Positions 23,505 through 33,689 of a stretch of 63,878 bases of DNA are shown here, one piece after another. Position 1 is the stretch's first letter. The number at the start of each line of letters is the position of its first letter. A program made the position numbers and the translations under genes. The stretch is from Lama guanicoe (lineage: Eukaryota). The notes beneath the pieces are model-generated. The model saw nothing but the letters and a program-made list of their open reading frames with translations, ran no database searches and had not been told where the DNA came from. The stretch covers positions 22,721,894-22,785,771 of the forward strand of contig MU057350.1 in NCBI GenBank assembly GCA_013239625.1. The letters are read 5' to 3'.

Positions 23505-23900
23505 ACTCTGAAACAGGAGCTCCGCGTTCCCCCCGCGTACTTCTCAGGCTTCTCGCGATGACAGAGGAGGTGATGCAGGCCGAGTATGCAAATATGAGAC
23601 ATCAGCCTCCTGACAGTCAGGTGTCTTCTCCTTCCCCTCCCTGCTCCCTGACAAGCCTGCTCTCATCTTGGGCAAACTCTCAAAAAAGGAGGCGCTGACC
23701 CTGATCTCCCTTCCTCACTTAGTCCGTCTTCCGGTGGCGAGGAGAGGAGAGGTGCGGAAAGGTGAGGAAGCGGAAAAAGAAGCACTGGGCCGGAGGGCTG
23801 CTCCTGCGACCGCGCTGGGATGCTAGAGAGTGAACTCTCGATGACCTGCAGCCGTGAACTTCATACCGATGGCGATAAAACCCCCTCCATCTTCCAGAAT
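23505..23900. promoter_or_regulatory. CpG-rich candidate enhancer/promoter containing a consensus DR5 RARE
   Basis: TGAACT-ctcga-TGACCT (23831-23847), third half-site TGAACT (23855-23860), octamer ATGCAAAT (23586-23593), ETS CTTCCGG (23728-23734), TGACAG sites, locally high CpG. Confidence 0.55.
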
Positions 23901-24649
23901 TCAACATATCAGTGCTTTTTGTCAACCTTCATCATTTTAAATTGGTCACATAAGGAGTGCGTTGCGGTGACTGTTGTTTTTAAGTGGGTGGAAGACGCTT
24001 TTGCACTGAGACCTCCTTTTGGCCTGTTGCTACCCAGAACAAATGTTGCGATCAAATCACCATCCTCTAGAAATAGCAGCCTAAATGGGAAATGCTGACA
24101 ACTTCTAACCTGAGCTGTGCACATGGCATTGATAGAATACCTAAAGTAAATGAATCCAGAAAAAAAAATGAAGAAAGAAAGAAAAGCAAAGCCTGAAGTA
24201 TGGGTTTCCTTAACACAGCAGAACCAGCGGCTCTGTGCCTTTTGTGAACAGGAGAGAAGATGTGCACAGCACGGGGTGGGAAGTCTTGCTGACCTCTGCA
24301 CAGGACTGTGTTCTTCCGGCCTTGTTCTAAGTAGCAGACTTGGCCCTGGAATGAGGTCTGGTCATCAGAGGGATTCTGGGAGCTCCCCAACCCCGGGCTC
24401 TCCCTAACCATGGCCACGGGCCTGGGCCCCTTGGGTCACAAGGAGTGCATGTGATCTTCTGTGCATTTGTAGAGCTTTGTTGTCTTATTCTAAGTTCTTT
24501 TTGAAAGAAGCGTGACAGTTATTTAACAAACACTATCTTTTACAGGTAAGGAAACCTGCAACAAGTGCACAGCTTGTCCGGGTCTGATTTCCAATTCGGT
24601 GTTCATTTCACCAAAATCATGTTTGGAAGTTAGATAGTAATGATTATAG

Positions 24650-24850
24650 TAGTATTGATGAGCACTGGTCACGTGATAGGTACTGCGTGAAATATTTCAA
24701 TGCACATTATCCCATTCCTACGAGGTAGGCTCTGTCATAATCTACATTTGATGAGTGAAGCGACTACAGCCCAGAGAGGTTAAGTAACTTCTCCAAGGTC
24801 ACACCGCTAACAAGTGGCAGAACTCAGCGCCAGAATTCTCATCCCCTATA
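24650..24850 (-). mobile_element. MIR SINE
   Basis: CCCAGAGAGGTTAAGTAACTTCTCCAAGGTCACACCGCTAACAAGTGGCAGA. Confidence 0.8.
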
Positions 24851-25447
24851 TATGAGGCCTTACCGAGTTCAGCATTAAGGGAAAGAGTAACACTATTAAA
24901 TTTATGTATTTTATTTTATTTATTTATTTCCTTATTCTAAAAGTAATTTAGTTACATGATTTAGAAATTAAGGGGCTCATTCAATGGACTAGCACAATAA
25001 AATTAGGAATTTTCCCTAATAGGTGTACCTGATAGACATTTACATAGCACTGTGCAACACTGCAAGTACACTAGAATTACCTCCATGTACAAGCACGGGA
25101 AAATTAAAAATTCTAAGGAAACACATCAAGATATCATCAGTGATTGTGTAGAAGTGGTGTGATTATGTGAGGTTTTTGGTTTTTTATTTTTTTAATGTTT
25201 TCTATTTCTAAGCTTTCTGGCATTTTTTTCTTTTTGAAAAAAATTTAAGGAAATGTAAAAAGCCTCCCCGAAATGTAGCTTGACTTATTGCTTTGAGTCT
25301 CTGGCATTTTGGGAACCACAGAGGGAAAAACAGTATTATGAAAAGCAAGAAAGGTGGGAGCAGCCCATGTTTTTCATTTTTATTACATCAAAACTTCAAA
25401 AAATTTGTCTTGATTATATCAGTAAAACTTGTCACCACAGCCTCCCC

Positions 25448-25538
25448 AAAGAGAGAGAAAGAGAGAGAAGGGGAGGGGAGGTGGGGGGAGGGACCGGGAA
25501 AGGAGGGGAGGGGCGAGAAAGAAGGAAAAAAAGAGAAA
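25448..25538 (+). repeat. Polypurine / G-rich low-complexity tract
   Basis: Nearly all A/G, with seven runs of at least three G. Confidence 0.85.
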
Positions 25539-26004
25539 TTGTGGCACAGCAGAACCATTAAATTTCATTGCTTTGTTTGGGAACTACTTAGCAAGTCCAC
25601 AAACAGTAATCTTGCTGGGTAATTAGAACAGAGTAAATGTCACTATTCCACTCTTTGACATTTGGTTTGGGTCCTGACAGGGCGCGATGAATTATAGAGA
25701 AGGAATCTCCCTGTTATGGACACATGTGTTAATAATCCTGGCACAAGCCTTTAATATTCCTCTAGATATTCGAAAAAATCCGTAGCCCTAGATCTATGCC
25801 GTTCCTCCGGCACTTCATCACACGCTGCCTCGAGGCACCTCTTCTGGTGCTGTTTTGTACTGCTTTGTGGTTGTCTGGAGTCATTTAAACCTCCGTGCAC
25901 GGGAGTCTGGATTTGCCACGGCATCTTTCCTGAGGGCAGTGACTGGGTTCTATTTCTTAGTAGCACAATGTCATATACACCCGAGAAGGTCAGCTACATT
26001 TGAA

Positions 26005-26345
26005 TAGTAATAATAATAATAATAGCTACCTTTTATTGATCACTTAGTATGCATTAGGCACTGTGCTTGGTGCTCACCCAACGCTTGCTCATTTAATGAG
26101 AAATGGTGTGTTAGAGCAGGCAGCCAGCCAGACTGAATCCCAGATCGGCAACTTCCTCGCTCTGTAACCTTTGACTCATTTCTCAGTCTCCCTGTTTCTT
26201 AGCTTCATCCTCAGTTAAATGAGGAAACCATGGTACCTTACTTCCTAAGGCAAAAATCAAATGAGTTGGTAAAGGTAGAGTGCTTACACACGGGAGGCAC
26301 TCCAGAAATACTAGCCTGTTCTGCTCGTTTGATGACTATTACTGT
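26005..26345. mobile_element. Two MIR fragments
   Basis: AATAATAGCTACCTTTTATTGATCACTTAGTATGC (minus); CTTAGCTTCATCCTCAGTTAAATGAGG (plus). Confidence 0.7.
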
Positions 26346-26364
26346 TCATTCTTACCATGAGAGA

Positions 26365-27375
26365 ACTCCTGCATCTCCCCACCCCGATTTCTCACCTAGG
26401 CTTCCCCATCTCAATAGATGACACCACCCCCCTCCTAGCTGCCCACGTCAGAACCCAAGGCACCATCCGTGAGTTCTCTCTTCTCCTCCGAATCCCCAGT
26501 CATTTAACAAGTCCTGTCAGCTCTACCTCCACAGTATCCTGACTCCTCCCCGCTGGATTCCATCCAGGGAAGCAGCATGCTGCGGGGGCCCTGCCTGAGC
26601 GAGGAGCCTGCCCCCACCACTGATTAGATACGTGATAATGGGCAAAGTATTTGGGGATAATAAGAGAATCTGTATCATAGGGTTGTTGTGAGGACAAAAT
26701 CAGATCATCCACAGGAAGCACCTGAAAAGGCCTGAACATGGAAGCCACTCCGGCAATGTTACCCACAGTTGTTACTGTGTCCACCAGTTCCAGGCCGGTC
26801 CAGGCTGCCGTCAGCTCTCACTTGAACTGAGGCTCCAGCCTCTTAATTAGCCTCCCTGCTTCAGTTCTTACCTTTCAATCCTGTCACCACACAGCAGCCA
26901 AAGGGACACTGTTACTATGTACATAAAACCATATCTCTCCACTTCTTTCAATGGTTTCTCATTTTACTTGGATAAAAACCCAAACCCTTACTTAGCTCTG
27001 GCCTACCAGTCTGTATATGAGTTGAACCTGTCTATTCTGACCTCGGCTTTGGACTGTTATCCTCTTCTTACTATAATCCAGAGGCACCAGCCACTTTTTA
27101 GTTCCTTGAATGTGCTGAGCTTCAGCCTGCCTCAGGGCCTTTGCACTTGCTGCCACCACTGCCCCCAGAACATTCATTCTGGCCCTTTCTTGTATGTGCA
27201 AGTCTCCATAGCTCACATGTTCTCTCTTCTGCCAGGACTTCATTATCCTGCCTGGGGTTGCCTCTCCCTCCTCACCCCCCTATCATATCATCCTGTTTTC
27301 AGGGTTTTGTAGCCATGTCTGACAATGTCTTATTTGTTTATTTGTTCACTGGCTTATCTTCTGCCTGCCCAACCA
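26365..27375 (+). mobile_element. L2 LINE fragment with a nested MIR piece (~26650-26780)
   Basis: CTTCCCCATCTCAATAGATGACACCAC, CAAGTCCTGTCAGCTCTACCTCC, CCTGCCTCAGGGCCTTTGCACTTGCTG. Confidence 0.8.
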
Positions 27376-27384
27376 GCATATAAC

Positions 27385-28487
27385 TTGTTCTAGTTACGAG
27401 GGTGGCATAACAAATCACCCCTATGAAGGTAAGGAGGTAGATAAGGCACAATGGGGGTAGCTGATCTTCCCGGGCCTCAGCCAGAGGACTTGAAGGCTGG
27501 AGGCTGGAACCACTGGGGCCTTTGTCTCTATGTGGTCCCTCCACATGATCCCGCCAGCATAGCAGCAGTGATGTCAGTGGACTTCCCATATGTCAGTTCA
27601 GGGATCCCAAAGCACATGTCCTGGGGGAGGGGCAAGAGAATGCCACCTCACCTTCTATGACATAGTCTTAAAACCATGCAGCATCACTTCCACCACAATC
27701 ATAAGCCTGTCCCGATTCAATGGAAAAGTGTCAGTGTCATCATATTAGAAGAGAATGTGAGATATATATATATATGTGTGTGTGTGTGTGTATATATATG
27801 ATGGAATCTTATTCAGCCTTAAAAAAGAAAGAAATTATGCCATGTGCAACAACATGGATAGACCTGGAGGCCATCATGCTCAGTGAAATAAGCCAGACAC
27901 AGAAAGACAAATATTGTATAATTTCACTTATATGTGAAATCAAAATAGTCAAAAACTCGTAGAAGCAGAGAGCAGTGTGGTGGTTGCCCAGGACTGAGGG
28001 GAAGAGGAAACGGGGTGATGGTTAAAGAGTACAGAGCTTCAGTTCTGCAACAGAAATAAATTCTGGATGTCTGCTATAGGGCACATACATGTGTATGCCT
28101 GTAGCTAACAAATACTGTGCTATATACTTAAAGTTTGCTAGGATCTTAAGTACTCATACCACAAAAAGAAAAATAATAAAGGGGGTGGGAGGAGACTCTG
28201 GGGAGTGATGGGTAACCTATGGCCTGACGGCAGCATTGGTTTCACAGGTGTACGCTTATCCTCAGATGCATCGAGTTGTACCCATTAAATGTGTGCAGCT
28301 TTTTATATGTCAATCATACTTCAATAAATCAGTTTTTTTAATAGGCATTTATTCATGATTTGGTTTGTTTTCATTGTTTGCAAGGATGTTTGACGTAAAA
28401 TAAAAATAAAGTTACATTTTAGAAAAAAGAAGAGAATGTGAGATGGAATATACTAGCACAGTCATCTTTGAAAGCACAGTCTGCCTG
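27385..28487 (-). mobile_element. MLT1 (F/G/H-like) LTR split by an L1 insertion
   Basis: TTCTATGACATAGTCTTAAAACCATGCAGCATCACTTCCACCAC; resumes after the L1 as GAAGAGAATGTGAGATGG...CATCTTTGAAAGCACAGTCTGCC. Confidence 0.75.
27764..28427 (+). mobile_element. L1MA9/10-like 3' end with probable 3' transduction
   Basis: Perfect 17-bp TSD AGAAGAGAATGTGAGAT (27747-27763, 28428-28444); L1 ends at ATGTCAATCATACTTCAATAAA (~28328), followed by ~80-90 nt of non-L1 sequence with its own AATAAA. Confidence 0.85.
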
Positions 28488-28489
28488 AG

Positions 28490-28720
28490 AGCCCCATGAG
28501 AGCAGCGGCCCTGCCTCGCTCGCCCTGTACCCACAGCTCCAGAGCAGTGCCTGGCACATGGTAGGCACTCAATAAATACTTGCCGAATCAAGGAATAGAA
28601 TGCCCTATGATGCAAATGTATCATTTTCATTTTATAGATGAAAACATTGAGACCCAGTGAATGGTTCAGGTAGAAACCTGGGTCTGCCTGACTCCAGCAT
28701 CTGTTCCTTAACAGCTTAAT
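28490..28720. mobile_element. L2 3' tip followed by a MIR fragment
   Basis: AGTGCCTGGCACATGGTAGGCACTCAATAAATACTTG; CATTTTATAGATGAAAACATTGAGACCCAG. Confidence 0.75.
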
Positions 28721-29158
28721 TATATGCTTCATTCCCTCCCCAATGTTAAATACTGAATAAATGAATACAAGAATAAAGGGTTGCATTTTATTTCTTCCCT
28801 AGTGAAATTATCCTAATATCTCTGGTTAACATTCACATGCTATCAAGTCTTCCAATTCATCTTCCCAGATTTTTCTCTCCTAAACTTTTTAGTGCTGATT
28901 AACACTGATATGTACCAAGCATCCTTTTTCAATAGGATCACATAAGATCTGGCCTTAGGATACCTAAGACTTCTGCTTCCAGGTAACAGGCTCTGGAAAT
29001 GGGTAAAATATTACTCAAAGGACTCCAGTCAAGGACTGATCAAGCAGCCTTCAAAACTACAAGTATCTAACGACTCCTTTTACTGTCACTCTCAGAAGGC
29101 TAGTTTCTGGTCTTAGCTGGTGCTAGGTGGCAAGTCTGGGTCATGGTTCAGAGGAAGA

Positions 29159-29172
29159 GCGCCACCTGCTGA
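29159..29172 (-). promoter_or_regulatory. CTCF motif
   Basis: Minus strand TCAGCAGGTGGCGC, one mismatch from the core consensus CCASYAGRKGGCRS. Confidence 0.5.
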
Positions 29173-29669
29173 TGACCTGCTCCCCCACCCACAACACCAT
29201 AGCTGGGATTAGACTTCCCTGTTCATGGTCAAAAGGATGTGCCGGGATCTTCTGAGCAGAACAGTGGAATCTTGGTTTGATCTCCAGCTTGGTTTGAGGT
29301 AACACTGAGATGCACAAAGCTCATGGCTGAACATAGGGCAGGCCAGTGTGGTTCTGGCAGGCAGGACGGTAACTCAAGTAGGACAAGATTCTTCCCAAAA
29401 TACATCTTGCATTTTTCTGGCAAGCCTCTCTGCTGAATGTTCCTTTATTAAGGAGAATAATGCTATAGCATATTTAATGCCATCCTAGCAAGGCATTACC
29501 AAGCTTATTATTTCCAGTGGTGCCTTCACTTCTATTTTCATGGGTTCCTGAAAAACTCCAATTTATAACATAAGGCAAGAAAGGTCAACCTCAAATAGTC
29601 CTTGTTTCAACTAGGAGGCCTGTAGCTACAACAGGAAGCCACGGCAACTTGACTAAGTAAATCGTTCAT

Positions 29670-30200
29670 ACAGTACTATTCTATTTATATGAACTTCTAG
29701 AATAAGTGAAACTAACATACAGTGGTTGATAGAAATTGGAGCAGTTGTTATCTGGGGCAAGGGGTGGGGAGGGGTTAATTGCAAAATGACACAAAGAAGG
29801 TCTGTGGTGAAGAAAATTTCTGTATCTTGGTGGGATTTGAGTTACTCAAATGACCATATTAGTCAAAACCCATTGGATGGTACAATTAAGATGTGTGCAT
29901 TTCACTTATATAATTATTTCCTAGAAAAGAAAAAATGTAAGTAAATAATTAATTTTCGTTAATAACTTGCATGCTGAAGTATTTCAGAATGGAGTTTACT
30001 GGTGTCTGCAACTTACTTTGAAATCCAGTGAGAAATAAGATAGAATGATGGATGCATAGAGAGACAGACGGATTTATATACAATTAAACACACAGAGCAA
30101 AATGTTAATCACTGTAGGATTGAGGTGTGTGGGTGTTCACCATACATTTCCTTCCACTTGTCTCAATGTTTGAATTTTTCCTTAAAAGGCAAACAGTAAA
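29670..30200 (+). mobile_element. Old L1 3' end (L1MC/L1MD-like)
   Basis: TTCTATTTATATGAACTTCTAGAATAAG...ACAATTAAGATGTGTGCATTTCAC...GTCTGCAACTTACTTTGAAAT. Confidence 0.75.
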
Positions 30201-31384
30201 ATAAAAAGAGAAAGAACAAAGCTTAATGGAAATAGCACATGCACCCAGTTTTGGAGTGAGATGACTTAAGACAATCTCCAGTTTGGGCTGCTTTGGGCTG
30301 GAATTGTCTCCACTCAGTTATCTTAGTAAGAAGGACACATTGGGGAGATCAGGTGCCATTAATTAACTTTTTTGAATGAGAAAGATTTTAAATTTTGAAA
30401 TTAAATTTTGAAATTTTAAATCTGGGGGTTCCCCTGAGCTTCCTGGTACATCCCTGTAGTGGTGGGCTCCCAGATTAAGCTAATGAGGCCACGGAGGAGG
30501 ATACCGCTTTAACCAATTACTTGTACCTTTCTGTAACCTCTTGCCTAGGAGGAATGTTTTCAAGAATAGCTGGGAGCCTGCCCTTCCCCAAGTCTATCAC
30601 CTTCCTAGCTTTGTACTGATTTTTTCAATGAGAATCCCCGCTCCTTAGCATCCTGTCTCTGGAAAGAAGCTGCACAAAAAATTCTTATTTAAGAGAGCCA
30701 ACAAAGCTTTCTAAGCCATCAAATGAGTTAAGCGAAGATGAACCAGAAGTGTATGAATTAAATTTCCCCTTAAGTCCTATAGAAATCCAATAAATAAATT
30801 AAATGCATGTGGATTTAAAAATTAAAGGCCAAAAAGGCTTGAGGCAAAGTGCATTTGACATTTGAAATAATAGAAGCTTGTGAGGAGGCACGAAACAAGA
30901 TGTGCACTTACCTGCTGTAATAGGGGCCCTTGGTCACTGCTCTGCCTGACTCGGTGTTTATGGAGCATAATGGCATCGCAGGGAAGTTCAATAAAACTCT
31001 CCAGGCGCCAGGTGTGACTCGAGTGTCATCATTTAGAAGACAATGTCAGCAGACTCCAGCTCAGCCCTCCACCCAGGAGGGCCATGATTGCTGCAGTGCT
31101 GAGTTCCTGCAGAGTGACCTTTCCCCTTTGGAAGGGTTTGCCTACAGCTCCAAAGCACGCCTGTGAAAGGGTCTGGGAACATGTTGCAAGAACCTGAAAG
31201 GTGTTCTTATTTTGACCCAGTAATTCCACCTTGAGGCATTTGGCCTAAACCAGGAATTCTGAGATGTGGCCAAAGTGATGCATACAAGGATACTCATCAC
31301 TATATTATTCAACACAGTAAACACCTTAAAGCAATCCTATGTCCAACAATAGGGGATTGGTGCAAAAATTGTGGTAGATACTGT

Positions 31385-31547
31385 TTAACACAGTAGCTAA
31401 GACGATAGGTATGAGTATGAGACCTGGCTTAGCTACTAGCTTTGGCACCTGGGTCAGTTCCATTTGTAAACTGGTTGAGCCTCATCTATAAAATGGGGAC
31501 GATAACGTTACCTCGTGGGCTTTTCGAAGGATGAAATGAGACAATAT
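31385..31547 (+). mobile_element. MIR SINE, split by the LTR
   Basis: CCTCATCTATAAAATGGGGACGATAAC...GGATGAAATGAGACAATAT. Confidence 0.75.
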
Positions 31548-32203
31548 TGAGACAGGAGGGAAGGGGGCAGGGCACAGCCTCTCAAGGAATGACAGCAATT
31601 TAACACCAAAATGGTGGAAGATTTACCAAAGGGTGGAAGATTCAGCTCCTGGTTGGCCTTGAGGATGAAGAGGTTTGACTTCTAGTAGACCTTGAGCTTC
31701 ATTATATGCTCCATGTAACAGCATGATCAGTAACATGCCCGCAGGCGCCATGACAGCCCCAAGGCTAACCGCGAAAGGCCAAAGAATGGGCGGTGGCCCA
31801 GTTCCTGGGAATCCCAGCCCCTTCCCCAGGGCAGTTGGAATGGTCCCACCTGTAGGTGTATGAGGCTACTGAGCCCATAAAAACTGGCGACACCACGCTT
31901 GGTGCCCTTTTCCGCGCCCTCCTCTTTGGAGATGGCCCGCGCTCTTGTCTATGGAGTGTGTGCCTACTTTCACTTTAACCTGAGCACCCGATTCCCACAC
32001 CTCTTTCCTTGTCTTTCTCTTGCCTTACACTCTATGCAGTACGTATCTCTCTAAATAAATCTACCTTTACTCAACTGTGGCTCGCACTTGAATTCTTTCC
32101 TGCTCGAAGCCAAGGACCCACACCTGGCGGGGCACATCCCAGGGGCTCAGTCAAGACGTGGGACATGGCCCTCCTCACACCCCACATCCATTTTCCTGCA
32201 TCA
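31548..32203 (+). mobile_element. MER41-like ERV1 solo LTR
   Basis: TGAGACAGGAG start, GCGCCATGACAG, CCCATAAAA TATA, AATAAA, GAATTCTTTCCTGC..GAAGCCAAGGACCC, end TGCATCA; flanks ATAT / GTAT (3/4 TSD). Confidence 0.8.
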
Positions 32204-32334
32204 GTATGACTAAAGCCCTTATGTACTGCTTAACTATCAACATCATAATTCTTATTTCATATATGTATCATAGTATAGTACGTGTGTACATGTATAGTAC
32301 TGTTATATGACTATTACAAATTATATTGTCTAAA

Positions 32335-32590
32335 AATATTTAATGTGTGGAAAATCTTATAATATATCTTATTAAGTAAAAGAAACAGTACAGAACTGAA
32401 CATAAAATATAACTCAATTTTATTGAAATAGACATTAATGGACATAGAAAAAAGACTGGAGGAAACCAACAGAATGTTATTAACGACCCTCATGTCTGAT
32501 AGGGAGAATATGAATGATTTAGATTCTGTTCTTTATGCTTTTCTCTATTTTCAAAATTATCAACCTGGGTCACATATTACTGTGTGTAAG
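32335..32590 (+). mobile_element. Ancient L1ME 3' end
   Basis: AAAAAAGACTGGAGGAAACCAACAGAATGTTA...CTTTATGCTTTTCTCTATTTTC. Confidence 0.6.
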
Positions 32591-33689
32591 TTCCTTTTAG
32601 ATAACATCCTGTTCGTTTACTTTAATAGAGTTGAATTTAAAGAAAAGAGCAAAAAGAGACCCATCATCTTATCACCCAGAAAACTGTTGAAAAAGAAAGC
32701 AACCTAGAAGCATGGTTAGAAAATTGAGGGCAAAGAGAACGAAATTAACAGTGGAACTTCCCACTTTCTTTCACCCTCTGTCCATCCCCCGCAAAGCTAA
32801 ATACAGTTAATTTCCTTCAAGGGAGAAAAAGAAGAAACCGGTATCTGTCAGTACAAACAGATCCACCTCATTCTTTTAATTGGTAACAAATGTTATTTAT
32901 AGTCTATTCTCAGAAACCTGTTGCTTTTCAAGCCCTTTAACCATCACCGCAATCTGTGCCATCACCTCCTCTCCTGTTCCAGCCCAGTCACTGTTAGCGG
33001 TTTGATTGGTGGGTCTTTTCACATGGATTCCTGTGCATTTACTTACATAATGGCATCCTCATACACAACATACAGCAAGACTGTGGGGCTTTTCTTTTTG
33101 ATGTACACAAGTTTAACCATGGCACAGTCTTCTGTAGTATCAATATATTATAGTATATTGAACATTTCCCCTATGGATGAATATTTAATCTCATTTCCAT
33201 TTTTATTTATTTTTATAATCAGAATGAACTAAAAATTATTTTTAAATTTCCTTTTATTAAACCTAATATATATATATAAATATATTTAAAAGGGGATGTT
33301 AGAAGCAGTTGATAAGTTCATCTGGCTTACTTGAATACTGAATGAATGAACTCCCTTGGTGATTTCGTGGTGTTCATCTCATTCTGGACCCTTTGAATGA
33401 ACCTGGCCTGTGCAATCTCATCCACCCTGGACTTCAGAAATGAGCACCGCATCCCAGGAGCTGTTTATGGCTCCCTCCAGTTTCGCCTCCAGCACCTTGA
33501 GGTTTCTCCTCCCTGAATATATCTCCTCTTCTCTCACCTCTGCTTAGCCCCACATCCCAGTTCCTGCTTCTCCCAACCAGGAGGTAGCCAACCCAGCTTC
33601 TGACTTGCTCTCCCAGCTAATCACTGATAGACAAGAAGGAGGAGGGGTCACGAAAAAAGACCTTTCACCTCTTTTTATACCTTAACAAT

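Noticed and set aside
23586-23820. snRNA-type promoter suggested by the octamer
   Set aside because: No PSE match and no recognisable snRNA body in either direction.
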